Source of the DNA: Bdellovibrionales bacterium RIFOXYD12_FULL_39_22
Lineage (GTDB): Bacteria > Bdellovibrionota > Bacteriovoracia > Bacteriovoracales > Bacteriovoracaceae
Reading direction: 5' to 3'
NCBI GenBank assembly: GCA_001770205.1
Contig: MEQL01000048.1
Coordinates: forward strand, 1 to 64,000
Length of the DNA stretch: 64,000 nt
Shown here: one piece after another, positions 1 to 9,089 of the stretch
How the letters are laid out: the number at the start of each line of letters is the position of its first letter
Position numbering within the stretch: the stretch's first letter is position 1
Made by a program: the position numbers and the translations under genes
The notes under the pieces: model-generated
Told to the model about the DNA's origin: nothing
The model's input: only the letters and a program-made list of their open reading frames with translations
The model's database searches: none

Positions 1-347
1 TATGGAACAAAAAACACAAAAGGCCAACAATTATTTCATGTTATGTGAAATTTATTTCGTTACGAACTATAATCTCAATGGCATGTCACTTTGGTGGGTA
101 AACAACTTTTTTTAAGTATTCTCATTTGAGAAAACATTGTTCTCGAAAATGTTTTTTAACCTCAGCCTCCTTTGTGTATTTGAAATGAGCGAACTGTAAG
201 GAAAAATCAGACAAAAAGTTTCATTCAAATCCAATTCAACTAACTGAAAATATTTACAGTATTTCATATTTTCGACCCAGAAGGTTTTGTGAGAATCATT
301 TTTTATTTCACAAGGAATATTTTTTTTGCTAGAAAATTATAAAAATT

Positions 348-1244
348 ATGGAGCATCCATTGGAAACAACGCCTGAAAACTCATCGCAGTTACAATCAGA
401 ACGATTCTACACTGAGTTGAATGCTATCGTAGATCGCGCTGAAAATAAGGCCAATGGTTCTAAAAAAACTCTTCAAGAAATAACTAATCTAGGCAAAACT
501 ACTATCTGGCGTTGGGCCAATACTGTAAACAAAGCGCTTCCAGATCCATATAAGCTTGTCGCCCTACTTCGCTTTGAATCTGGCAAAGAAAATATCAAGG
601 ATGTGGCCGCTCACTACGGCGGACATATTGAGTCATTTCTACGCACAAACTTCCCTTCCGAGTTTGCGTCCAAGATTCACCAAGATTTCGATCCGGCTAA
701 TGAGCCAAAATTTAACGACTACTATAGTTTTGTTATTTTCACTCTATGTGGTACTGACCGCAAGATGACTGTTGAAGAAATTAAACAATCCGTTGGCCAG
801 CTTACTTTAAAAAACTCCATGATCCCAAGAGAGCTTTGGACACAAGAGATGATTAACGCTCACGGACAGTTTGCGGAGATAAAGATTCGCGAACTTGTAA
901 ACGCAGGATACCTCGCCATCGTTGACGGCCATGCAATTAGAACACGAACACACCTACACTTGAACGTTGTTGAAAAAATCGAATTTGTGTCAAAAAATAT
1001 TCCGACTTTCTTCAAAATGGAAAACGTCGAAAAAGAGATGAATGGATTGCACTTTTTTTCTGACACCGTTACTCCGGCATACGCAAAGAAACTTGCCAGA
1101 GAAATTAGTCGGTTCTTCATCCAAAAACGTGATGAAGCTTCGACAAATTCAGATCCTAATGGTATACCCATACATAGCATCTTTTTTATGGACACGATGC
1201 TACCCGAAACTATCAAGGAAGAAGATGGAGGGACTCTGCAATGA
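348..1244 (+). CDS. Hypothetical regulator, probably TIGR02147/DUF4423-like (N-terminal HTH)
   Basis: HTH-like LQEITNLGKTTIWRW; C-terminal GLHFFSDTVTPAYAKKLAREISRFF...IHSIFF resembles the DUF4423 strand-helix-strand end; ATGA overlap with next gene. Confidence 0.45.
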   Translation: MEHPLETTPENSSQLQSERFYTELNAIVDRAENKANGSKKTLQEITNLGKTTIWRWANTVNKALPDPYKLVALLRFESGKENIKDVAAHYGGHIESFLRTNFPSEFASKIHQDFDPANEPKFNDYYSFVIFTLCGTDRKMTVEEIKQSVGQLTLKNSMIPRELWTQEMINAHGQFAEIKIRELVNAGYLAIVDGHAIRTRTHLHLNVVEKIEFVSKNIPTFFKMENVEKEMNGLHFFSDTVTPAYAKKLAREISRFFIQKRDEASTNSDPNGIPIHSIFFMDTMLPETIKEEDGGTLQ

Positions 1245-1555
1245 AAAACATGATGGCCTTAACAGTATTAGCAGTACTTTTTATCTCAAACATCGCGCTT
1301 GCTGGCGGTGATTCTGGTTCCATTGGCGGCGGAAAGGGCGCTCAGACCATGTCTATCGCTTTTGATTTGTCTCATATAGTGGATTTCAAGGTAAAGGGAG
1401 GAGACATTGTTCCGGCCAATGACATCAAAGACGGTATTGCCTCAATTCCAAACTCATATCTACGAGGAGAAACTTTGGTGGTTGGTGGGAATGCACCGAT
1501 AGTTGATCTACAAATGGATGATGGGCGGGTTGTAGTCCTTGGTTGGGCTGAGTAA
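1241..1555 (+). CDS. Small secreted protein
   Basis: Signal peptide MKNMMALTVLAVLFISNIALA followed by GGDSGSIGGG; RBS GGAGGG. Confidence 0.7.
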   Translation: MKNMMALTVLAVLFISNIALAGGDSGSIGGGKGAQTMSIAFDLSHIVDFKVKGGDIVPANDIKDGIASIPNSYLRGETLVVGGNAPIVDLQMDDGRVVVLGWAE

Positions 1556-2094
1556 CCTTTAAAGCGTCGAACTCCCCTGCAATAATTTCTATTCTTTTCC
1601 TTATCACGCGCTTACAACTATTTTTTGCTATTTTAATATTTGCGGGAATCGCCTATCCAACGTTGCCCTTCTTTACACCAGCAAAGAAGACTGAACTATT
1701 AGGAACAAATGCATATTTTTATAATATTTTTTGCAACCAATGGTGCAACAACACAAAACTTATAGTGGAGATAGAAAAATTGTTATTTATGAACAAAAAT
1801 TTTAAAACCCACTACGAAATCTAACCGAGGCCACCCATTAGCTAGAAAGGTGGGCGAAAAAATATCGTAGTCCGAGTTGCAACAATTCATCATGCTAAGC
1901 TACCTTTAATCTTGATGTCACAACTTTTGCAAATGCACTTTTGAGGTGTTGTTTTAAGGTCACTTCCAAATTCTCCATGTCATTTAATGACTCAAATGGG
2001 ATTTCGATGGCAGTAATTCTAATCTCGCCATTCCAAGAAAAGCCACGTCTGCTTCACTATTACTTTCGGCTAAAACAAGTTTTTTAAAATAGGG

Positions 2095-4185
2095 TTACTT
2101 GAAAATTTCATCAAAAATATGTTCAAACTCATATTTTTCTTCAAACTTGTGGTTCAATTTGTCTAGCAATTCTTTAGTGTCGACTATTTTACAAAAGTTC
2201 TGGGCTTTTGTCGGTTTATCAGGGCCTGTGATACTGTCGGGGTAGTATTTTTCAATCGCTCCCTTTTCTAAGACAAACACTTTTTCTTCTCTCAACTTAG
2301 AAAATAATCTTCTTTTAAATTCTACTACCTCTGTATAATTAAAATTTTCTAGAACCTTAATTCTTGGCTTGGCCCACTCAAAATCAAAAAAATCTTCAAG
2401 AGCTATCGCAACTTTCTCATTATCTCTATCTTCTCTACCTCGTTTAATATTTTCAAAAATAGCCCTTCTTCTTTCCTTTTTTAATTCTTCACTAAGTAAA
2501 TCATTACTTGGAGGTGTCTTCAAATTCTCTTTAGTAATTATTGAATCAACTGCACTTAATAATTGCTCTCTAAGCTTTTTGGCATCTTCAGACGCCTCTA
2601 TTTTGGAAAATCCATCTAGTATAATATCCAAATCTGAAATCATATAGATATCGATATCAAATTTTTTAAAAAAATCTTTATATCTTTTAAAGCTCCCCTT
2701 GCCATCCGTTTTCACCATACTAATAGAGTTGTTTTTAAAATCATATTGGGGATTTAGTATTTTTGCCACGTGAGGAAGTAGTATCAACTCACTGTCTCCT
2801 TCAACAAGCACAATCTTATTTGAAAAAAATGCATGATTGGAAGTTTCAAAAGATATCAGCTGAAAAACATCTTTTTCGCTCATTGAGTCTAAATTAATAA
2901 ATAATGCTTCAGCAAAAGGCTTAGCAATATTAGTAATTTTTTTTATTTTTATAAACGCACTTGTATTCTTTGGAGAAAAAAATAATGGCGAATGTGTTGT
3001 AACAACCATTTGATGTTTTTGAGAGATTAATGATAACGCTTCAAATAATACGTTCTGTGCTTTGGGATGCAGATATAATTCTGGCTCTTCAAATAAAAAT
3101 AAAAACCTATCTGTTTTTTTTAATTTACTACCTTCTTTTTGCCAATCATGACTATGAGCCAATTCTACATAACTTCTTAATATACTAAATGTAATGGCCC
3201 TTTTAAAACCATCTCCTTTATTGACAACAGAACTCTTAACCCCATCGTTTGCAATAACAGATGCCGATGATAGTATCGTTTTAATCTCTGGTTGTGGAAT
3301 TTGTAATTCAATAGATACATTTTTAAATGTCTCATTTAAATTTTTCTGAATTGTTTCTTCTACTTTTTTAATCTTATCAACTCTATCATCTGAAATAACA
3401 CTGCCATCTTCATCGTAAAGTTTATTGAGTTTTTTTCTCAGCTTTTCAAAAAGTTCTTTTTCTTCATTCAAATCATCTTCAATTACGTCAAGAAGAATGC
3501 TTAACAATTTCCCAAAAGTAGCACCCTCTTTTGTTTTCATATCATCTGACAAATCTTTTACGGCCGGAATATAAACAGGTTCAGGAAAAAAAGCAGTTAT
3601 TGTATTATCAAAACCTGATTCTAATGCTACATCCTTGAATTCTTTCTCTGATATCGGCATTTGTTTGATATAATCATCTATAAGCTCTTTGGCACCGGAT
3701 TGAGTTGTAACAATTTTTCCATCAGTATCTATTTCATGATAAAATGTGTTTAATGTTTCAATAATTTCTTTCCCTTTTTTTCCTTGAAAGGTTTCATTGA
3801 TTTTTTCTTTTGAATACTTTTGAAGTTTTGGAAAATACCCAACATTACGTAATGTTGATTTACCATCTAAAGAGTATCTTCTGGCCAGAATTAATTTTCC
3901 ATCATTTATATATTTTTTTAACTTATCTCGATGCCCTTCTCCAAGATTTTCTAATTCAACATCAGAAATGTTGCTAAACTCAACAATAATTAGAACATCT
4001 TGTTTACAATCGTAATAATCATCATTTGTGGAAAGCTTATTCCCTTTTAAAAACAAAAGTAGTGCTTGCATAAAAGTTGACTTCCCTGCATTGTTCTCTC
4101 CAACGATACAACTGAATTGGGACAAGGGAACATCTACACTTTTTAATCCTTTATAATTTTCAACGATAATCTTGGAAATAATCAT
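2095..4185 (-). CDS. OLD-family ATP-dependent endonuclease (ABC ATPase plus TOPRIM)
   Basis: Walker A GENNAGKST, Walker B FLFEEPELYLHP, H-loop TTHSP, TOPRIM LVEGDSE and DLD, C-terminal GAIEKY. Confidence 0.9.
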   Translation of the reverse strand: MIISKIIVENYKGLKSVDVPLSQFSCIVGENNAGKSTFMQALLLFLKGNKLSTNDDYYDCKQDVLIIVEFSNISDVELENLGEGHRDKLKKYINDGKLILARRYSLDGKSTLRNVGYFPKLQKYSKEKINETFQGKKGKEIIETLNTFYHEIDTDGKIVTTQSGAKELIDDYIKQMPISEKEFKDVALESGFDNTITAFFPEPVYIPAVKDLSDDMKTKEGATFGKLLSILLDVIEDDLNEEKELFEKLRKKLNKLYDEDGSVISDDRVDKIKKVEETIQKNLNETFKNVSIELQIPQPEIKTILSSASVIANDGVKSSVVNKGDGFKRAITFSILRSYVELAHSHDWQKEGSKLKKTDRFLFLFEEPELYLHPKAQNVLFEALSLISQKHQMVVTTHSPLFFSPKNTSAFIKIKKITNIAKPFAEALFINLDSMSEKDVFQLISFETSNHAFFSNKIVLVEGDSELILLPHVAKILNPQYDFKNNSISMVKTDGKGSFKRYKDFFKKFDIDIYMISDLDIILDGFSKIEASEDAKKLREQLLSAVDSIITKENLKTPPSNDLLSEELKKERRRAIFENIKRGREDRDNEKVAIALEDFFDFEWAKPRIKVLENFNYTEVVEFKRRLFSKLREEKVFVLEKGAIEKYYPDSITGPDKPTKAQNFCKIVDTKELLDKLNHKFEEKYEFEHIFDEIFK

Positions 4186-4274
4186 ATAAATCCCTTCTGA
4201 TAATTTATATTATTAGTAAGCCAGTCATAATTTGTAATCAGATACAAAATATTTCTAGCGGTTTTCTCTGTCAT
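4182..4274 (-). CDS. 30-aa small ORF MTEKTARNILYLITNYDWLTNNINYQKGFI coupled to the OLD gene
   Basis: Read by hand: GGAG 8 nt before the ATG at 4274; TGA overlaps the OLD ATG (ATGA). Confidence 0.35.
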   Translation of the reverse strand: MTEKTARNILYLITNYDWLTNNINYQKGFI

Positions 4275-4332
4275 ATCTTCATCTCCAATTCGAACTCAAC
4301 TGAATAAACAATGCCTTCCTTGGCTCCCTGCT

Positions 4333-6282
4333 TTATTTAATCCACTCTCTCCACGCCTCATAAATCATCACCATCGCAAGCGTATCAAGCTCGCAGTAGC
4401 GAAGAAGGGCGCTAGATAGTTCTTTTCGCTCTATCTCACTCATCTCTGTAAATTGCATACGTCCATAAGCCGTCAGGGCTGCTCCGCCATTTCGAAGCTC
4501 ATCATCCTGAATAAGGATATTAAAATTCTTGTCACTCACATCCTGAAAGAGTTTAGGGAGCTTCTTATACGGGTCAACGACTTCGCCGGCACTCATCTCG
4601 AGCCACTGCCAGTTTTTCAAGTTCAGACTCTTAATTCCGCCCTCAGCTCCATAAATTGCCTTTGAGTATTTCTTTTGAAGATACTCAGAAGAATTTAAAA
4701 CAGCAGGGAGAACGTACTTAATAGAATTTGAACCATGAGTGTAGGGATCGTAGAAAAACCTCTTCACAAGATGCCAGAGATCGACCATTGCGCGTTTGCC
4801 ATTCCACTTTTCAGCACTAGAATCCGTTGACGTTGTAATCGACTTAATAAACTTACAAAGATCATCTCGGTCAACGATATTACTCTTGTCTTCTTTTAAC
4901 TGCCGGTAGATATGATTTAAAACCGTATTCTCATGGGGAGAATAGCGAAAGATTGTCCCTTCATCATTTTCAAGCTGTCTCTTTAGCCCTTGAAGAAAAT
5001 CATAGTTTGGGAATTTTCCAAGCTCAGCATTTAAATACTGGCCTGCGTGTTCAACATTTTCATCCTTATCCACAGTGTGTCTTGAAAATTGAAATGCGAC
5101 CATCTCATACGGGCGTCTGCCCTTATTAAATGGAATCGCAACACAAGTCGTCTCAAAATCAATGAAGTGTAGTGGGAACTTCCATTTCTTCATCTCAAGA
5201 GCAAGGCCATCTTTGTCAAAGAAAGGTTTGTTATCAATATTTTGAACCTTTTCAACTTGAAGCCACTGACGTTCACTTGCTGACATCCCAGGTTTCTTAT
5301 CATTCTTTGGATCAATGTCGCTGATATCAAGGTCTGTTATTTTCACTTTGTCATCAGTGATAAAATTATCTTTTTTACGACAACTCCAAATCTCTAAAAC
5401 ATTTGGTTCATCAAAATCTTTGTCTTCCCACTTGAGGGCTGCTTTCCAGCACTCCTTAAATCCACTTTTGTAACCGTTTGCCTCTTCCTTTTTAGAACAC
5501 TGAAATTCGCAGTCTCCACAATGAGCGCCAATGTCAGTCACTATCTTTTTATCCTGTTCATAAGCTGTGGCGTAATCATTAATCATCTTTTCAAAAGTTC
5601 CATCTTCAATGATAGAATCAATCACATCATCCACAGGAACTTTAACAAGAATCTTTTCTTTAAGATCTGCTGCACTTAAAAGAGTTGAGACCTTTATCCC
5701 TTTGCGGTTGCTCTCATCTCGAAAAATTTTAAATTTCTGATTAAGGCCATCAACTCCGCAGACTGCATTTTTGTCTGCCATCATCAAAAAACAAGAGATC
5801 TTTATCTTGGGATGAGCAGACTGAAGAACATACTTTTGAAACGCGATATCGTATAAATACGCCTTCCATCCCGCTTGAATAGTTCCATTCTTATTAAAGA
5901 AAGCTTCCTCTTCTGTATCATCAAAAGATTTGGCCTTTACTTCAATAAGTTCAAAGATGTTTTTATTTTTTAAAAGGACGTCGATACGAATAAAAAGATT
6001 ATTAAACCTGATTGCCGGTTCATAGATTGTCACTTTATCTTCTTTGAGAAGCTTGTTTGTCTGTCTCTCGGCCTCTTCATAATCAAGAGTAGTTATGTCA
6101 TGACCGCCTGGGTGATAACATTTCGCAAGCTCACCAACTTGATAACCACCTTCGGCCAAGGCCGCAAGAAATGGGTCATCCATTTTTTGATCGAGGTATT
6201 CTTTCTTCTTTGTGTAATAGAGTTTCGTTGGGCATTCAAGGCCCAATTTGAAACGTGATTTTGTGAGATATCTCTTTGTCAT
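4333..6282 (-). CDS. DUF2779-domain protein (PD-(D/E)xK/Cas4-like N-terminus plus RNase H-like C-terminus)
   Basis: LTKSRFKLGLECPTKLYY, RIDVL...LIEVKAK, CGDCEFQC, HFIDFET, LLRYCELDTLAM; start moved to ATG 6282 behind GAGAGGGAGA. Confidence 0.85.
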   Translation of the reverse strand: MTKRYLTKSRFKLGLECPTKLYYTKKKEYLDQKMDDPFLAALAEGGYQVGELAKCYHPGGHDITTLDYEEAERQTNKLLKEDKVTIYEPAIRFNNLFIRIDVLLKNKNIFELIEVKAKSFDDTEEEAFFNKNGTIQAGWKAYLYDIAFQKYVLQSAHPKIKISCFLMMADKNAVCGVDGLNQKFKIFRDESNRKGIKVSTLLSAADLKEKILVKVPVDDVIDSIIEDGTFEKMINDYATAYEQDKKIVTDIGAHCGDCEFQCSKKEEANGYKSGFKECWKAALKWEDKDFDEPNVLEIWSCRKKDNFITDDKVKITDLDISDIDPKNDKKPGMSASERQWLQVEKVQNIDNKPFFDKDGLALEMKKWKFPLHFIDFETTCVAIPFNKGRRPYEMVAFQFSRHTVDKDENVEHAGQYLNAELGKFPNYDFLQGLKRQLENDEGTIFRYSPHENTVLNHIYRQLKEDKSNIVDRDDLCKFIKSITTSTDSSAEKWNGKRAMVDLWHLVKRFFYDPYTHGSNSIKYVLPAVLNSSEYLQKKYSKAIYGAEGGIKSLNLKNWQWLEMSAGEVVDPYKKLPKLFQDVSDKNFNILIQDDELRNGGAALTAYGRMQFTEMSEIERKELSSALLRYCELDTLAMVMIYEAWREWIK

Positions 6283-6341
6283 AAATAATCTCTCCCTCTC
6301 AAAATGAAAGGGCACACCAAAAGAATTTACTAAACAAATTC

Positions 6342-6368
6342 TTATCGGCATGCCCTTACAGTTCTTTG
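6342..6368 (-). promoter_or_regulatory. Sigma28 (FliA)-like promoter for the DUF2779-OLD pair
   Basis: CAAA-N15-GCCGATAA on the minus strand (consensus TAAA-N15-GCCGATAA). Confidence 0.6.
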
Positions 6369-6716
6369 ATTAAATTTCATTAGTTTTAAAGATTTCTTTT
6401 TTTCCAATCAAGCTTGTCAAGTATCTTTAACGCTCCCTGGATTTGGATAGCTGACTGCCTAATGTAGCGTTGAAACACTTTCAGATTAATTTACCACAAA
6501 AAATTATACGGAGGTTCAAATACTTTTACCCGATATGTGTTTAAGAGAGTGCAGAGAAGTATGCCTAGCTATTTGATCTGACTTAGTTTTTTCTATGTAT
6601 CCACTACCAACCAAGAAATTCCCTTCATAATTAGCTTTTGAGCAAAAATTCCAGTAAAAGACATGGGCATCACTTTTAGTAAGATTTGATTGAGAAAATT
6701 ATTTTTTATTAAAAAA

Positions 6717-6770
6717 GGTCCATTCCGGACACATCCTTTACAGTTTATACCGGAGACATAGTTTACACTT
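6717..6770. repeat. IS481 left inverted repeat (two ~25-bp subrepeats)
   Basis: CCGGACACATCCTTTACAGTTTATA followed by CCGGAGACATAGTTTACACTT. Confidence 0.85.
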
Positions 6771-6818
6771 TTAAATGAATTGGTCTGCTATAATTTTTCC
6801 ATAACAGGAGGTTATAGT

Positions 6819-8003
6819 ATGCCATGGGAGGAGTGTAAAATTATGGATCAAAAATTGAAGTTTATTGCTCGGCTATTAGAGGGAGAACAGATGGCCCCGC
6901 TATGTAGAGAGTTTGGGATTACAAGACCAACTGGATACAAAATTTGGGATCGTTACAAACAAATGGGAGAATGCGCTCTTGTTGAACAAAAGCGAACGCC
7001 GTATCGTTACGCCAACAAACTTCCAGTTGCAATAGAGGCATTAATTCTTGACGTCAAGAGAGAATATCCGACTTGGGGCGCTCCTAAAATAAGAGAAAAG
7101 ATCGTTAAAAAATTTCCAGATGTGAAAGTGCCTGCGAAAAGTACGATTCACGCTGTGCTAGATCGTAATGGGCTGGTGGAACATCGGACTGGTAGAATAA
7201 GATACAAAGCATGTGGTACCGCTCTTACCGATGTAAAAAAGCCGAATCAACTCTGGTGTGCAGACTACAAGGGCGAATTTATGCTAGGCAACCGCCAATA
7301 CTGTTATCCACTAACTATTACAGACTATAGCTCAAGATACCTTCTTGCCTGTGACGCCATGACTGGAACAAATGAGGTATTTGCATTTGAAGGTTTCACT
7401 CGGGCCTTTAAAGAATTTGGATTGCCGGATGCTATTCGCACAGATAATGGGGTACCATTTGCTAGTGGAAATTCATTCTACAACCTAACAAAACTTTCAG
7501 TATGGTGGATGCGATTAGGAATTCAGATAGAGAGAATTGAACCTGGCATGCCCCAGCAAAATGGGAGACATGAAAGAATGCACTTAACGCTGAAGCAAGA
7601 GGCAACAAGGCCACCGAGAGAAAATCTCATAGCGCAGCAAGAGCAGTTTGATAAATTTATGCAAATATATAATCACGAGAGACCACACGAAGGAATTAAT
7701 AACAAATACCCAGCAGAAGTTTATAAAAAGTCCAAAAAGGAATTTAAAAAACCAGAACCACTGTTTTATCCATTTCACGACAAAACGATTCAGGTTAGCC
7801 AATGCGGGAGGATATGTGATCAAGGATTGAAGGTTAGTCTGAGTCGTGCATTTGCTGGGATGGAAGTTGGAATTAAGGAGATGGAGGATGGCATTTGGGT
7901 GGTATCATTTTTAGATTATGATTTAGGATATTTTGACGATAAGGGGAAAAGAGTTGAACCAATAGAGGACCCATTTGGGTTGTATATTAAGAATGGAGTG
8001 TAA
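6819..8003 (+). CDS. IS481-family transposase
   Basis: MPWEE...LCREFGITRPTGYK HTH; WCADYKG, RTDNG, NGRHERMH DDE motifs; RBS GGAGG before ATG 6819. Confidence 0.93.
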   Translation: MPWEECKIMDQKLKFIARLLEGEQMAPLCREFGITRPTGYKIWDRYKQMGECALVEQKRTPYRYANKLPVAIEALILDVKREYPTWGAPKIREKIVKKFPDVKVPAKSTIHAVLDRNGLVEHRTGRIRYKACGTALTDVKKPNQLWCADYKGEFMLGNRQYCYPLTITDYSSRYLLACDAMTGTNEVFAFEGFTRAFKEFGLPDAIRTDNGVPFASGNSFYNLTKLSVWWMRLGIQIERIEPGMPQQNGRHERMHLTLKQEATRPPRENLIAQQEQFDKFMQIYNHERPHEGINNKYPAEVYKKSKKEFKKPEPLFYPFHDKTIQVSQCGRICDQGLKVSLSRAFAGMEVGIKEMEDGIWVVSFLDYDLGYFDDKGKRVEPIEDPFGLYIKNGV

Positions 8004-8048
8004 AGGATGTCTCCGGTATAAAGTGTAAACTATGTCTCAGGAAGCACA
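7998..8048. repeat. IS481 right inverted repeat
   Basis: GTGTAAAGGATGTCTCCGGTATAAAGTGTAAACTATGTCTCAGGAAGCACA, reverse complement of the left-end subrepeats. Confidence 0.85.
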
Positions 8049-8128
8049 AAATGGATGACTATGTCACCAGAATATTTTCTAGCAGATCGTATAATTTTTC
8101 CAGACCTAATTCCATCGATCCGGATTCT

Positions 8129-8476
8129 TCACAAAATATTAAGCATCGCATAAACCATTTCCAGCTTGCTTGGCTCTAGCATGTATATAATCTCTACACA
8201 CTCATCTCTGATCCGAAGATCAGAGCATGATGGTCTCCCCCTGCTTTTTTCTAAATGATAATTCCAATCGGCCAATGTTAAATTCAGTGCCTTTAAAAAT
8301 TTTGAAATGTAATCAGATGTGACGTCTTCGCGGCCAGACTCCATTTGATGGGCCCTGGCAAAAGAGATTTCCATTTTATCGGCTAGTTTTCTCAAAGATA
8401 GTTCACTCTTTTCTCTGATCCGTTTTAGCGCATCTGATTCCGGCGTCGTTTTTACAACTTTGTTTCGTTTGCTCAT
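8129..8476 (-). CDS. XRE-family HTH transcriptional regulator
   Basis: LKRIREKSELSLRKLADKMEISFARAHQMESG; start moved to ATG 8476 behind GAGGAG. Confidence 0.85.
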   Translation of the reverse strand: MSKRNKVVKTTPESDALKRIREKSELSLRKLADKMEISFARAHQMESGREDVTSDYISKFLKALNLTLADWNYHLEKSRGRPSCSDLRIRDECVEIIYMLEPSKLEMVYAMLNIL

Positions 8477-8652
8477 AAATTTTTCTCCTCTTTGTTTAAG
8501 ATCCCAAATCTCTCGCTCTTCCAGAGATTTGTTTGTGTATAGTTTTTGTAAAGCGACGACGAGAAAAACCTCTTTTGTAAAGCCGCAATGAAGCACAAAA
8601 AAGTGTTCATTAATAAAGACTTACATCACCTGCAAATATGAATAAAGTGAGT

Positions 8653-8714
8653 TTGGCTAAGTAAAATGCAACGCTCTGCTTCGTTAGCCAAAGCGTTAGC
8701 ATAAATTTAGCCAA
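8653..8714. repeat. Phased TTAGC(C/A) repeats
   Basis: TTGGCTAA 8653 (inverted), TTAGCCAA 8684, TTAGCATA 8696, TTAGCCAA 8707. Confidence 0.5.
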
Positions 8715-8889
8715 TCAGTGAAAGTGCCAGACAGTTTGCGACAACTTTGAGTTTAAAAAAAATTACAGATCATGATCAATTGCGATCAACTTACTGAAAC
8801 CTCATATGAATAATTCAAAATAGATAAAGAAATTTTTTTTCAATCGTTCAATCTGTTCATTTTTTTTGGAATTTTTGTTTCGGTTTTGC

Positions 8890-8967
8890 TGGAGGAGAGT
8901 GCCGGATTTGAACCGGCGGCTGTACGGTTTTGCAAACCGTTCCTTTGGACCACTCAGGCAACTCTCC
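8890..8967 (-). tRNA. tRNA-Cys(GCA)
   Basis: GGAGAGT/ACTCTCC acceptor stem, anticodon arm ACGGT-TTGCAAA-ACCGT, T-arm GCCGG-TTCAAAT-CCGGC, U73, encoded CCA. Confidence 0.97.
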
Positions 8968-8989
8968 CGATTTGAATCTTTGTTTTGGA

Positions 8990-9018
8990 ATATTGAAGGA
9001 TTGCGGCCAAATTGTCAA
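8990..9018 (-). promoter_or_regulatory. Sigma70 promoter of tRNA-Cys
   Basis: TTGACA-N17-CAATAT. Confidence 0.65.
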
Positions 9019-9089
9019 CCCAGGGATCTAGTAAATAAAATCTTTGGCCAAAAATCTATACGAAGAAAGCATCAAGCTTCGCAAGTAAA

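Larger units (their letters stand above)
6717..8048 (+). mobile_element. IS481-family insertion sequence
   Basis: Single DDE transposase between ~50-bp imperfect inverted repeats; right end finishes ...ACA; left end reads GGT instead of TGT; no clear target duplication. Confidence 0.9.

Noticed and set aside
1556..2094. ncRNA or gene remnant downstream of OLD
   Set aside because: Only short palindromes and broken frames; nothing assignable by eye
2095..6282. Gabija or retron system
   Set aside because: No UvrD-like GajB and no reverse transcriptase near the OLD gene
4333..6282. CRISPR-Cas locus suggested by Cas4-like motifs
   Set aside because: No repeat-spacer array or other cas genes seen in the window
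4333..6351. Longer starts in the ORF track here and at 6780, 8596, 30589, 40873, 44154, 52785
   Set aside because: Downstream ATGs have better RBS or coupling and match family N-termini
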